From Octopus sinensis (Eukaryota): a stretch of DNA of 64,000 nt. Both the position numbers and the translations under genes were made by a program. Below, piece by piece: positions 14,162-27,945 of the stretch. The notes below the pieces were generated by a model, which worked only from the letters and a program-made list of their open reading frames with translations, was not told the origin of the DNA and searched no databases. Within the stretch, counting starts at the first letter, position 1; each line of letters begins with the position of its first letter. Location of the stretch: positions 157,170,001 through 157,234,000 of the forward strand of contig NC_042998.1 of assembly GCF_006345805.1 (NCBI RefSeq), in the 5' to 3' direction.

Positions 14162-14561
14162 TACTCTTTTACTTGTTTCAGGCATTTGACTGCGGCCATG
14201 CTGGAGCACTGCCTTAAAGGGTTTTCTAGTCGAAGGGCTTTCAATGTATTCCTAGTACTTATTCTATCGGTCACTTTTGCCGAACCACTAAGTTACGGGG
14301 ATATAAACACACCAATATCAGTTGTTAGGCGAACACAGACACAAAGACACATACCCGCACATTCACACATACACACATACACACACACACTTATATACGA
14401 CGGGCTTCTTTCAGTTTCCGTTTACCAAATCCACTCACAAGGCTTTGGTCGGCCCGAGGCTATAGTAGAAGACAGTTGCCGATGGTGCCACTCAGTGGGA
14501 CTGAACCCGGAACTATGTGATTGGGAAGCAAGCTTCTTACGACACAGCCACACCTGCTCCT
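14162..14561 (-). mobile_element. tRNA-derived SINE, family A (head aggcgcaggagtggctgtg), near full length
   Basis: Reverse complement of the copy at 37664-38003; tRNA-like head and ttactc-type tail. Confidence 0.88.
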
Positions 14562-14634
14562 GTATGTATGTATGTATGTATGTATGTATGTATGTATGTA
14601 TGTATGTATGTATGTATGTATGTATGTATGAATG

Positions 14635-14689
<55 letters not shown>

Positions 14690-16689
14690 CTGGGATGGAG
14701 TGAAGTGTAGTGATTAAGATGTTTTATTGTTCCAATTACTTTGTTTTCTCTAGTACTGGCACACTTAAAGGACCCTGATTTGCTGAAACTCTGTAGAAGC
14801 GATAACGACCAACTAGAAGGAATACTGTCGCAGTTCATTGATTTATCAAATGCATATGTGGGCTAAATGCACATAAACATGGAAATTTAATGTAACATGA
14901 CAGATAATTATTAATCAATGAATGACATAATAACGCTTATGAATATATAAAGCATACACTAATGAAATAAAAATACATCAAAGAATACTGTAGTATTATG
15001 TAAAGAACTAAACACAAGTATAATGAATAAATAATAATTTATAAAATAACACTAACTACTATATATAATGTATTAGTTTGGAAAATAAATTTGTCGACAC
15101 AGCTGGGAAAAATAGACTTCTGATAGAATTTAAAATACACCAATTAAAGTCTGATAATGAGAAGATCGATTTCTGAAGTTTCAAACGCGGAGAAGGTTCA
15201 TGTAAAGAAAATATTGTATAAATTAACTTTGGGTAGGATTAAAAAATACCTAATAAAAAAAAATCAGAAATAGATTGTATAACAAAATAGCAAAAGAGAA
15301 GATGAATAGTACATCTAAATATTATCTTATTACGGATATTGAGTAATGAACTTTGTGGTTCGGGATATATAAGCAACTAAGCATAATGTGAACATACGAA
15401 GTGCTAAAAATAAAATATTTCTTGAAAATAAAAATGGAAGATACGACCCAAGTGATGTAGAAAAGGCTTCGACCGGACAGGACTGAGTTATATGTGAGAG
15501 GATGCCAAAAATACATTATCAGTGATTGTTTAACAACTGAGACAAAAGGCCTTCAGAAAGCAGACATAACCTAGTAGTTTGTAACCACTGGGCAGTAGGC
15601 AAGCACTACCAAAGCAAGATAGATAATAACATCTAACACTGAAGATAACAAAGTCACAATATTCTAAAATAAGCCTATATAAACTGAAAGGGACATAAAA
15701 GAAAAGCTATTGTTGTTAAGTGTTCAGAGAATAAATTTCTCTTCGATTAGCTTATATAATACAGGAAGCACAAAAAGGTAAGAAGATAGTAGTGTGTGGA
15801 GAGAAAGGAAACAATATTATTTATTGACCAATGTTATTTTGATCGTTTTGATAAATACGAGGGATAATTCCAGACATGTTTCAATTTTATTAGAGTTATA
15901 ATCTAAATCCACTACGACAGCGATGAAGCTTACGTATGTAGATAGTAAATATCTTTCCATCAGTTACAAGAAAGAAAATACCATGAAAGTTACTACTGTT
16001 TAATCTGGTACCTTTTCTCTTGTCCAGTGAAATTGCATCTCTCCCGTCTTTTGGAAATGGTAAACTATTCCATACATTGATAACACTGTGTAAGACGATT
16101 TTTATCCTTGTGTAGTAACTGCTATTTCCTATTTGGTTACCCCTAGAAAGTTTTAAAAAATATTTCTTTCAAGCTTTGCTTTTGTTACATTTATTTAAAC
16201 CCAAAAGAATCCATCTCAACACATGGCCATGATGTTCCCTCACTACTCCTACTCACGATTAGAGATGCACGTATTGTCAGCCACTAAGGGATATCGTGGT
16301 GACAAGCATATCTGTGGTATTGAGCAGAATATTTGCCATCACAATATTTCTGCGTCAGCTGAATCTGAAATGAAATGGAAAACAGGTGAGTTTCAAAACA
16401 TTGACGTCCAGGTCACAAAAGCAAAGTTTAAAGGAAATAGTAGTCGTTTCCTTTGATTTCTAGACAGAAGTAAATAGGAAATAACATTTACTGACCAACG
16501 TAAAAAAAATGAATAAAAATTGTTTCACCGTGTATTCATTGTAATCACAAATCAACCATTATGTCCCCTCCTTGTTTTATAACCTCAGATGGTATACCAT
16601 CAACTTTATGGTTTTTTTCCCCGAATTGATCTGTTTATTGATAATTTTGACATCCTCTATCTTAAGATTATTATGCATTTCTTGAAAAA

Positions 16690-16975
16690 CATTGTTCTGG
16701 GGTGGATGTTATATAACTCTATTAAAGCTCTATCGAAACTGCCCACCTCTGAGTTCCATCGACCTTTTGTGTCTAGGATTGATCGCTTCCGATCAGATTG
16801 CACTGGTGACGCGTATGTTGACAGAGACTTTTCTGTCCTTCATTGTATTAACTCTGGTGTATCTCAGTTTTCAGTTTTGTCCCCAACTCTATTTCTTTGG
16901 TACATCAACGATTTAGTTGCTGCTACATCCAACAATACCTATTCTTATGTAGATGGCACGCTCCAACCCCTCAAC
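16690..16975 (+). pseudogene. LINE reverse-transcriptase fragment (CR1/L2/I-like)
   Basis: INSGVSQFSVLSPTLFLWYINDL...SYVDG corresponds to decayed RT motifs (GVPQGSVLSP, YADD). Confidence 0.7.
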
Positions 16976-17229
16976 ATGTGCTGTTTCCGCTCTATAACTT
17001 TTCTACCAGTACTATAAAAGCCTTGGATTCTCAGATCTGGCTAGGTCCATACCGTTTTAACTTAGACAATCGCGTCTCACAAGTCTCTCCTCTCTCTACA
17101 TTGTTGCATCTAACTTCTCCACATCCAACACTAATCCCTTCTTACCCATAACGTCACACTCTGAAATTATTTCTCTGCTTTGTCGTTGGAATATAGATAA
17201 CAAAAACAAAGTTACATTTTAAAGTCTTG

Positions 17230-18975
17230 CATATTTTTACTGTTTCATTTACAGATTGTACTTGTAATGTGAGAGTTAGATGGTTGATTTCTTTTTCTGA
17301 AAATCAAAGCTTATCCACACTGTCAGGCATTTATTCACAAAATCAATTGCACCATTTATTATTGGTATAAATGTGAATTTACAATCTGGATACAGAAGCT
17401 GGAGGTTTCGAAGCAGTTGTCCATAGTTATTTTCTTTCTCTTTGATTTTTAAAGAAATATTCACATCAGTAGGACAGGTGACCTTTCTGACAGTACATAC
17501 TTTTCTTGTCTATCCCAAAGAATGATATTCGGCTAGTTATACTTACACTTGACAGATGTTTTGATGGCAATATTCTACAAATATTGCTTGCGTTGATGTT
17601 TGTGTACGTATTCAATAAAAGCGCGTGTGTGTACTCTGTATTTATACCGAGACAGTCTTTTCTCCGGGTGGCATTGTATATTGTTTTTATTTTGCAACAG
17701 CGTTGTGTCGCATAGGGAGGTAGCACCTTGATAATATTTTTGAGCAACTGCTAATGACATGTGTGATATCTTCCACAAAAATATGACATAAATCCACATT
17801 TTCGCTTGCATCTTGGAACTCTAAAGTTTCAGCGTCACTTTCGTATTTAGTAGGACTCTCCTGTCCTTGGATTGTAAATGCATAGCCTTCGAAGTATGAT
17901 GTAACAGTCACGACTCCAAGAGAGGCTTCGCTTCATGTCAATATTACTATCTGCAATTCTTTTTGAGATCATACTTATACATCGCCATTTTTTGGTATGC
18001 TGAGTATTTAAAGTCTTCTTTGAGGTATGTTAGTCTTGCTGTTTTGGGATTGTATAGTAGGTCATAGGGCCCCAATAATTGCAGGTATAAACCTGAACTT
18101 GTAATCTGAATAGAATAGCTGCAAATTTTTCAATAGTTCAGCGTAGGTATTTTCTTTGTCAATGATCTTCAGCTTTATGTTAACATCTGCTGGGCAGCAG
18201 AGTTCCACATTTGTGCACAGTTTCTCTTCTCTGTCTCAAATCATTATATCAGGTCTACTGTGTTTACACTTTATTGACGTTTTCATTAGGACATCGCAGC
18301 AGTACTCCTTTTAATTATGAGTGGCTATGACTTCCTCCATATTTGGTTACTTATTCCTTTGTCCTCGGAGTTATGCTTTCGATCAATCTCGTTATACAGT
18401 GTCCTAGCTACAACATCATATCTCATCGGTAGATAATACCTTGATGACATTTTTGGACAACTGCTTATGCTGTGGGTGATATCTTCGGTTTTTAACACCA
18501 CAAAGTCTGCATCGGTTGTTATATTCTACTGTAGGAGGTAGTAATCCGGTTGCTGATCAGTGAGAGACTGTATTGGTGATCAATGTTACTATCATCTCTG
18601 AGCTTCCTACTAATATATCCATACATGATCTTCTGCCCATGTATGCTCAGCCTTTCATCTGATGATACATTGCGGTAGAGTCGTTCAACTTCTTTGGGTA
18701 TGTATTTAAGGTTATCAGACAAGGAATACTGCTCAAGGAGCTGCATTCCAAGTTTTAAGATGTTATCAGTCTCATGTTCAAGGGATGCATCTCCTTCAGC
18801 TTATTCAAGAGATGCACTTCGACACTTGATGGTTAAAATATGTTGCTGAAGGGATATGATACGACAGTCAAAGGCATTTTGGATCGATGTTAAGCCTCTG
18901 TCGCCTAGTTTTCGTTTTAGGTAGAGGCGATCTATGTCACTGTTTATGTGGAAATTATGTGTGCTTGTTAGTATT
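17230..18975 (-). mobile_element. Two adjacent decayed 3' portions of R4/Dong-like RLE non-LTR retrotransposons
   Basis: Both carry CCHC and RLE tails. Copy ~17930-18975: SDIDRLYLKRKLGDRGL, CRLCG..EDITH..SSC, CPADVNI..KENTYAEL. Copy ~17230-17910: EGYAFTIQ, CHIFVEDITHVISSC, MRHNAVAK, KEKENNYGQLL. Confidence 0.75.
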
Positions 18976-19094
18976 TTCCGAGTATGTATGTATGTATGTA
19001 TGTATGTATGTATGTATGTATGTATGTATGTATGTATGTATGTATGTATGTATGTATGTATGTTTGAGAGTGTGTGTACGCGCGTGTGCCTTCG

Positions 19095-19125
<31 letters not shown>

Positions 19126-19299
19126 TGTGTGTGTGTGTGTGTGTGAGTGTGTGTGTGCGCGCGCATCTTTTATGTACTCATCAAAACGTATAATTGTAAG
19201 TCTAATAATTTTCATTGTATTGGAATGAAAACAGTAGAAACTTCATCTTCACGTAGTGTTTCGGGCGTAGGTCATTTTGGTAGATATCACCTCATCTAA

Positions 19300-19510
19300 C
19301 GACATATACGGCAGGGTTCTACTGAGTATTGTAAGTTAACGATCACATGTATGTTGCACAAACCTCTCGGGGCTGAGCACATCGGGTTGTATCGCGTTGC
19401 AATATACAATGAAGATAAAGACGGTCCTTTATCCCGTTAGTCGATCTGCAAGAAGCAGTAGACAAATTCTGTCAAATGATATCCTGCCGTCTTGAGTAAG
19501 AGAAAGACAG
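19300..19510 (+). mobile_element. Diverged SINE-like repeat 3' portion
   Basis: Tail ctgcaagaagcagtagacaaattctgtcaaatgatatcctgccgtctt resembles an octopus interspersed-repeat tail I recall; not verified. Confidence 0.35.
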
Positions 19511-19961
19511 TGGCAGTGGGAAATATAGGCCTATAAAATCTTTAAAAGAAGGTGGATCAGAGCTGGCCTGATTGAAAGTAACGATGACGACGGCGATGAT
19601 AACACGAGAAACAACAACAACAACATCATCATCATCATCATCATCATCATTAGCAGCAGCAGGAGCAGCACAAACGACAACAATAACAATAGTATATTGA
19701 AAACTAGATGAATTGGAGCATTTGAGTGGTGAGTGACTTGGACTAGCGCAGATTTCGTAATCGGATACAACTGCTGAACAAAGTTGTTAAGTAAACCAAT
19801 ATTCGAATTGATTTGACTATCTGCAGTTCTGCATGATATATTATAAGTGATTTTTATCACATCCGCCCGTTACTCTATAAAATGCATAAATGGCGTGCGG
19901 ACATTAAATTTCTCATGTTATAAAAGCATAATGCAAATAATCTTATCACAGTCAGCACCTC

Positions 19962-19964
<3 letters not shown>

Positions 19965-20025
<61 letters not shown>

Positions 20026-20245
20026 TCCTCTTCTGCCTCTCCCCATCATCATCATCATCATCATCATCATTCAGTAGTCTTATTTTTATCACGTGCTTTC
20101 ACTTCACTACCGAGCTAAGCTCTGTGTGCCTTGAGTATGTGCTGTGGTTTGCTGTGATGCTCTTATTAATTATCATCATCATCATCATCACACCACCACC
20201 ACCACCACCACCACCATCACCACCAACACCACAACCACCAACACC

Positions 20246-20276
<31 letters not shown>

Positions 20277-20337
20277 CCACCACCACCACCACCACCACCA
20301 CCACCACCACCAACACCACAACCACCAACACCACCAC

Positions 20338-20385
<48 letters not shown>

Positions 20386-20574
20386 TATTATTATTATTAT
20401 TACTATCTCACTCTGCATTTTATATGTTTCGGGCATGACATATTCAGGGCAACATACAGCTTTGTTTGACTGTACAAGTTGGCAGTGACTATAGCAACAG
20501 GAACGTCTTTAAGAATGTAGCTATAACCTTTACTCACTTCCTATACATGTGTCTACATGTGTGCATGTATGTTT

Positions 20575-20611
<37 letters not shown>

Positions 20612-20763
20612 CGTAAGTGTATGCGCATTTGCTTATAGACGACTGTCTGTGTATGTTTATGCCCTTATCTATATTCGAGCTGTATCTATAGGAAGCTGAA
20701 TGCATACACATTGCATGTGTGTGTGTGTGCATATATGTGTGTGTGTATATATGTATGTGTATG

Positions 20764-20836
<73 letters not shown>

Positions 20837-21310
20837 GTGCGTGTGCTTCGAGCATATGTGTAAGATTGTTGCGCTAGTGCCCCTATATGCGCTCTTCGGC
20901 GTTGTGTCTGTGTGTGGTATGGTTTAGCTTTTCAGTTTACATTTCATGCATATTTGTATGTCGACATTTCTCAAAACTCAATGCAAATTGATAGGGTAAT
21001 TATTCACTTCTCGCTACCAACAATAACAACGCCATCATCATTATCATCATCCTCACCACCACCACCACCACCACCACAGTCATCATCTTATAAGCACCAT
21101 CACCATGACAAACATAACGCCGCCGCCACCAAAATCACATCACCATTGAAACAACCAAATTACACTCACTTCCATCACCAGCACCATCACCAGCACCATC
21201 ACCAGCACTATCCTAATGATATTATAAACTTTACAATTATACATCAAATCTACGACACGCACCATCACGACATTCCTCCTCCTGCTTGTCGTCGTGGTGA
21301 CTGTTGTTGA
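19965..21310. repeat. Cluster of (TTTC)n, (CAT/CAC)n, (GT)n and (TA)n microsatellites
   Basis: Seen directly; source of the homopolymeric ORFs. Confidence 0.9.
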
Positions 21311-21460
21311 TGTTGTTACAGAGTATCTATATCTACTCATAGTAAAGCTTATATTTGTCCTATCAAACCAACAAAACATCCATCAATTCTACAGGCAGTA
21401 GAAGAAATAAAAACTGATGTTATTATAGACCAGATTCTTTTTCAATTATTTTCAATTTTC

Positions 21461-21520
<60 letters not shown>

Positions 21521-23529
21521 GGTATGAAATCAAGGCTTACGTTTCACTGAAAGTCTATAATAAATATTTTGAAGTTGCGAGACAATGCAAATTCTCTTTT
21601 ACTACTGGTAGTTTAACTGTATTAAGAGGAATGACAGAAAATAGCTAAAAGCGTATTAAGACTGCCCATGTTATATTACCACATCCAAGCTCTAAAATGC
21701 TTTTAGAGCCTTAACGAATTCATCATAGTACTAAAGAAAAATATGGTTGCAAGCTCTACTTTGAAACTGTATCCATATTTATAAGGAATATGGTGTCATT
21801 TTCACTCTTCTCAGTTACGGCTAAATGAATATTCTCGTTTATAAATAATACCGACATTTTTCTTTTGTATTTGAACCAATGTGTATTAATTACAACAGGA
21901 TCTTAACTCTTTACTAGTGTATTATTATTAGAATAATATGTCAAATGTGTTACTGTTAGAGCATTGCTACAATAGACGTATATTACTGGTATTAAAATGT
22001 GCCTATAATTATTATTTAATCAGAGCAAGTGCGACAGCATCTTTAGTTACAGGAGTTCCTACCAACAAACGATTCAAATGACATTCAACTTGAATTCTTG
22101 TATGAAATAATTTATGTTGAGATGGTTTTACATAGGGTTGCAGTTCCGAAGACATACGTTTTGATGGATGAGATACAATGTTACAGTTATATCAAAATCA
22201 TTCAAGCTTTATATCAGGGAAACTAATTAACATTTCACGTTGTGGATGTTGAGTTTTTTTAAAAATCAGTTGGTGAAAGTAGCAGACATGTTTTGTCCTT
22301 GTTAGATCTGATCAACAATAAATGTTCAACGAGATTATATCTTTGATTAACAATAATCATTATTGTACCTACAAAACAATGTCTCGTGTTTTACATTTGA
22401 AAACAACAGCCAAAGTGATAACTCCACTATTATCAACTAATACAGTTTATTAGGAAAATCAATCATTTCAGAGCGAGTTAAAAACTTCAATTAACAGGAT
22501 TATCTTGCAATTTCAAATCTAAAAACAATAAGCAAGAAAAATAACTCCAATGACATAAGCCAATAAAGATTTTGGATTATATAGGGGAATTTTGTCTTGT
22601 ATCATAATTCCAAGGATAAATTCAGTTAATCGAGGATTTTTAATTCAGTGTATCACCCATGTGAAACTTGCGTGTGTGTATTTAGTACAGTGAACTCTTC
22701 TCTGAAGTACTTTCGTTCAACCTACTGTTAAGATTCTGACTGTCTGCTAAACCTAGAAATGATTTTTTTCTCTTATAGGATTGACTAAAGCATTTCTTAT
22801 GCTTGTAAGTGGTCACTGAGGTCAAACTGAAGGAATCGTGGCTTATATATTATAACCAGTACTGATCTTTTGTCAGTGGCTAATATAGTTAGCTGTCCAC
22901 GTTCAGATCTGATGTGCTCCAATGTACATATCACTGGTTACTATACAATTCCTCACTGTTTGTAACGGCAACGGTATGAAATTCACGAGCGTTACGCTGG
23001 CTCACTATGAATGATTCAATAGAAAAGCTACCTGGCCGCAATACATCGCCGCTCTATTCAGGAATATGTCACCTGACACAAGGCACAGTTTAGGATCACT
23101 ATCTGGTTATTGCATATCTTGCAAGCAAACGGAACAGATTCCCAGTTTCATCCACACCTACTCTATTGTCTAGAGATATTGACCAGCAGCTGTTCAGGCG
23201 GGATATCAGCCATATCACTATCGCTAGTCTAGAGGTCATTTATACTGGCTTCCATCTCTGACTTGTAAAAATATCCGTTCGTTGAACGTTTGGGTAACCA
23301 GAGATAAGCAACGTCCCTGCGGGTCTTTCTGATTCTCATTAAAGGATTAACTTACATTGATTTAAGCCAGTCCATTGCAGGAAAGCGATCAATCAGATAC
23401 GAATTATAGTTGTAATTAGATATCTTAATTATAACTTTTATGGGAAAAGAAGAAAATATTAATTCCTAAATGAGTAGTCTACGGTTAAAACCCGTTCTGT
23501 ATCGGTATCGACCATAAATGATGCTGACA

Positions 23530-23558
23530 ACGGCGATGATTATGATAATGATGATGAA

Positions 23559-23618
<60 letters not shown>

Positions 23619-23619
23619 A

Positions 23620-23663
<44 letters not shown>

Positions 23664-24010
23664 AATGATGATAATGATGATGATGATGAGATGATGATGA
23701 TGATGGATGATGATGATGATGGATGATGATGATGATAATGATGATGAAGATGATGATGATGATGATGATGGATGATGATGATGATGATGATGTGATGATG
23801 ATGATGATAATGATGATGATGATGAGATGATGATGATGATGATAATGATGATGATGATGATGATGATAGTGACAATGAGGATGGTAATAAAATTGATAAT
23901 AATGGTGATTGCAGCAAACATGATTATGATGGTGACAATGGTGATGATGGTGATTATGATGGCGGTAATTGTGCTACCGTTAATGGAGATAATGATGACG
24001 ATGATGTTGC
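23530..24010. repeat. (GAT)n trinucleotide microsatellite
   Basis: Seen directly. Confidence 0.95.
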
Positions 24011-24351
24011 TTTCTAAATTTGGCTTAAGGTCATATACACATATATGCTCACAGATACACGCACACATGTCATTTATTTTTAATTGTTCCAATATATTAC
24101 TGAAACTCATATTATCAATTCTTCTTGAAGTGTAAAAGCACAGTCTTTCTGGTAAATGTGATCTGGGAATCGCAAAAGGCGCTGTGATTTCGGTATCTAG
24201 TTATGACTGGTTACGTTCTGAGTACATTTAATATTTTGATCAATAATATAGGCCTCAATGAAATATGAAGGCTGATTTAATCTAATTTAATCTTAAGGTT
24301 GCGCTAAAATCAAAATTATTCTTGTTTATAATAATAATGATGATGATGATG

Positions 24352-24391
<40 letters not shown>

Positions 24392-24469
24392 TAATAATAA
24401 TAATAACAACAACAACAACAACAAGGTAGCATCAATAATCATAAAATATATAAAACATTCCATAAATAA

Positions 24470-24929
24470 ATGGCAAACAGTGCTACAGCATCAGACGAAA
24501 GAGGGATTCGCAAAAACCAAAGCCATTCCCATTAGAAGAGGAATATTCCTGGGAGACACACTCTCTCCACTCCTTTTCTGCTTGGCACTGACATCTTTAT
24601 CTGACATACTAAACAGAACTCGATGTGGATACAACTATTACGGCAAAACAATCAACCATCTCTTGTATATGGATGACCTAAAACTGTATGCTACAAATGA
24701 TAAACAGCTGGAAACATTACTACAGACAGTATATGGATTTACCAAGGAAATAAACATGAAATTTACTTCAGAAAAATGGGCCAAAGCGAAATTGAAAAGA
24801 GGAAAACTAGTTAAGAATAAGAACATCACACTACATAAAGCAAATGAAATAAAAGACAAAGCCAGACATACAAATATTTAGGAATCAATGAACTAGATAC
24901 GATGCAACACACACACACACACACACATG

Positions 24930-24983
<54 letters not shown>

Positions 24984-26340
24984 TGAAAGAGAAGATAAAG
25001 AAAACTATAGCTGAGTTAGATTTATACTGAAAACAAAGCTAATGCGAAAAACATGATTAAAGGTATCAACACTCTAGCCATCCCAGTTATACGTTACAAC
25101 TAGAATATTCTTAACTGGAATCTAAATGAACTCATCAAAATAGACAGGAAAACAAGAAAAACAAGAGCTCTCAGAGAGCGCAAACCTCTGCAAAGGGAAC
25201 ACCGATGTCCTCTCAACGATTAGCCAGAGATGATTTTTTAAATGAGAATAACTGAAATAAACTCGACTGCTCTCACAAACGAGAATACTAAAAATGAACC
25301 CGACTGTTCTAAAAAATTAAGTAAAAAAAAGACGGGAAATATAATCCAGAATCCTTGTACGGTACCGGATTTATCCCCAAATCTAATCAGTTCGTGCCAA
25401 TCACAAGGCCAAATATCCATGAAAGTTTCAACCGAATCTATCCAGCGGTTCTTGAGATATCTTGTCTACGGTCAAACAAAGAAACAAACGCTACTGAAAA
25501 CAATACCCCCCACCTTCGCTAAGGTGGAGGTAATAATAACAGAATTTAGGATACACCACCCAAAATCCGACTTAGAAAAGGTTATATATACAGCCAATGT
25601 GGTTGAGGCCTTTTACAGCTTGAAAACTATTATAAAATAATCACCATAGAATTACAGATATACCTACTTCAGAAGCAAGGAAAACCGATAAAATAGCCAC
25701 AATACTCGAGCAAAACAACAAGCTGTTTTCTATCTTTAAGGAAGTTGAAAATACAAAAAAGTAGTCATAGTACCTGACAACTATGAAGAAAAAGAAGAAA
25801 CAACAAAAGCTGTAAAACAATTGAAATCCAAACTCAAACAGGAACGAGAGCGCATCATGACAAAACGATGGCAAGAAAAGTCCTTTCATGGCAAATATTG
25901 GGTTAAGCTAAACAAACAAAAAAAAAAAATCTCAGACAAAGCAAAATCCCAACAATGGCTGAGAAGCTCAGGACTCAAAGCAGAGACTGAAGGATTTTTA
26001 ATTGCAGCACAAGATCAAAGCCTTCCCACCAGAAATTACCAAAAGCACATAATGAAAAGAAATACTAACTGCACAATATGCGGTGATGGAGAAGAAACAA
26101 TCACATTGTCTTTGGTTACTCAGTAATGGCTAAGAAAGAATATATTCACAAACATGACGGAGTTGGGATCGATATACATTGAAGCTATGCCGAAACTATG
26201 AAATAACAACAGAAAAAAGATGGTATAGGCACACCCCAGAAAAGGTAACAGAAAATGAAAAAGCAACCATACTCTGGGATATCCCAATACAAACAGAAAT
26301 CAAGGCTAATAGACTGGATATAATTATCAGAGATCCCTGA
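24470..26340 (+). mobile_element. R4/Dong-like RLE LINE fragment (RT to CCHC), truncated at both ends and interrupted
   Basis: RRGIFLGDTLSPLLFCLAL and HLLYMDDLKLYA (24480-24881); HHPKSDLEK; GLKAETEGFLIAAQDQSLPTRNY..CTICG (25821-26126); ATILWDIPIQTEIKANRLDII, ending near 26340. Confidence 0.88.
25159..25540 (+). mobile_element. Non-autonomous Helentron-associated (HINE/DINE-like) element nested in the R4/Dong LINE
   Basis: Begins aacaagagctctcagagagcgcaaacctc and ends in the hairpin ccaccttcgctaaggtggaggtaat. Subterminal acctc/gaggt inverted motif; LINE coding sequence resumes on both sides. Confidence 0.6.
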
Positions 26341-26925
26341 ACACCAAGGAAAGGTGCCCTCTCTAATTCCTGCTCTCCGACTCACAGGTCTATACTTAGA
26401 GCAGTACCATTCAGTCATGCCATCTTTGCAACTTTCGTTTACCTTTCAATAAATTCATAATCTTTCTGAGCGTCCAAAATACTATTCCAAGCCTCCACGC
26501 GTACTAAAATGTGAGATGTTCCCAGGAATGTTTCTAGACTCCTGAAGAAATCTTATTTTCCAGCACCTGTTTATAAACAGCCCTCAATCTAAAGGCACCA
26601 CTTTCACTGCCATCAACGACCAGGACCACCACCTTACCGTTTGTGTCCAAAAAGATTGCCCGTACTCTCAGATCTAAGGTTTTCCGGAATAATGTTGCTA
26701 CACTGCTACCAGCTCCCGACAGATCACAAGAAGAGAATATTTTGTAGTCTTTCAAAATGGATGCTAGAGCATGCATTCTGAAAATTCTTGCATCTCTAAT
26801 GGTGCTAACATCTAAATCAAGTGATCTGAGATCCTTGAGCAAACGATCATGCTTCCAAGCTAACTCCAGGGCACGCACATTCACACACCCTACTTTTAGT
26901 GCAGGGATGTTAATCGGAGAAAGCG
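26335..26925 (-). pseudogene. Tx1-clade ORF2 N-terminal (endonuclease) fragment, decayed
   Basis: VGCVNVRA..LFRKTLDLRVRAIFLDTNGKVVVL..GAFRLRAVY..LETFLGTS aligns by eye with the endonucleases at 5138 and 59827. Confidence 0.8.
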
Positions 26926-27299
26926 AAAAAAAAAGTGGTGGTGGTGTGTGTGTGTGTGGGGGGGGGGTGAATATAATTCACCTTCACTTTTGAGAAGCCC
27001 AGGTATTTCAAACCTTTGTTCGGGTGAATGTTTTTTTAACGGCGCCTCTTAGAATATTTTATCAATAGTATTTTTTTTTAATTCCCACACTAATTCGGAA
27101 TTTTTCCCGTATTTTTTTGTATAAGCCCGAAGACGTTTTAACTAAAAGTCTGTCTTTCGGGGTCTTAAGGATGAAATTTACAAATTTCTCCGCCTCGGCC
27201 AGGATTTTTAAAATTCTTAATTAAGGAATCCATCAAGACACTGTTGCTTTTATTCACAAAAGTAAAATTGATGGATACATTTTGTGTTAAGTTTAAATT

Positions 27300-27945
27300 G
27301 TTTTCTTTTAACAGATTTTATCGTCGTCATGTCAAACTCCTCGAACCCTTTCATATCCGCTGTCTCCAGCGCATTCTTCATCTGACCTGGAAGGACAAGA
27401 TCCCACATACGGAGATCCTGAGACGAGCGAAATTGACTAGCATCGAATGCATGGTCCTCGAACGTCAATTGCGCTGGGTGGGACATGTTATCAGGATGCC
27501 GGAAAACCCTTTACCCAAGATTGTCCTTTTGGGGGAGTTAACAGAGGGTAACAGACCGCACGGAGGTCCAAAGAAGCGATATAAAGATCATCTCAAGAAA
27601 TCCCTGAAGCACTGCAACATCCCTCTTGGTGAACTTGAAACACTGGCCACAGACCGTACTACCTGGAGAGGTATAGCCTAAACTGGTACGCAGCATTTTT
27701 AGGACGAGCAGACTAGACTTCGTGAAGAAAATCGGAGACAGCTCAAGGAACGTCAGCAAAATCCTAAATGAACTCATCTTCGTTGGAGCCCTTTTCGCTG
27801 CTCTCAGTGTAATCAGACATGTGCCTCCAGAATCGGCTTTTTCAGGGCCTGCCAGCGCCATCAAGACAACCTCTAAGCATCAAAGACGATGCCGTCATCT
27901 GTCAAGATGGACTGCCTAAGAGAAAAGAAGAGATTAGAAGAGATT
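27300..27945 (+). mobile_element. RTE-clade (BovB-like) LINE 3' fragment
   Basis: CLQRILHLTWKDKIPHTEIL, QLRWVGHVIRM, GGPKKRYKD, one finger CSQCNQTCASRIG, and an RTE 3' end gatggactgcctaagaga. Confidence 0.88.

Noticed and set aside
16223-16456. 77-aa ORF with an internal CAG|GTGAGT donor
   Set aside because: No recognisable domain or partner exon; it lies near a decayed LINE fragment.
22700-23400. Moderately GC-rich unique-looking region
   Set aside because: No ORF of 60 aa or more and no motif I can identify; probably an old repeat.
18801-24135. Many ORFs with poly-I/M/H/T/P/S or YI/CV runs
   Set aside because: They are translations of microsatellites with no protein-like complexity.
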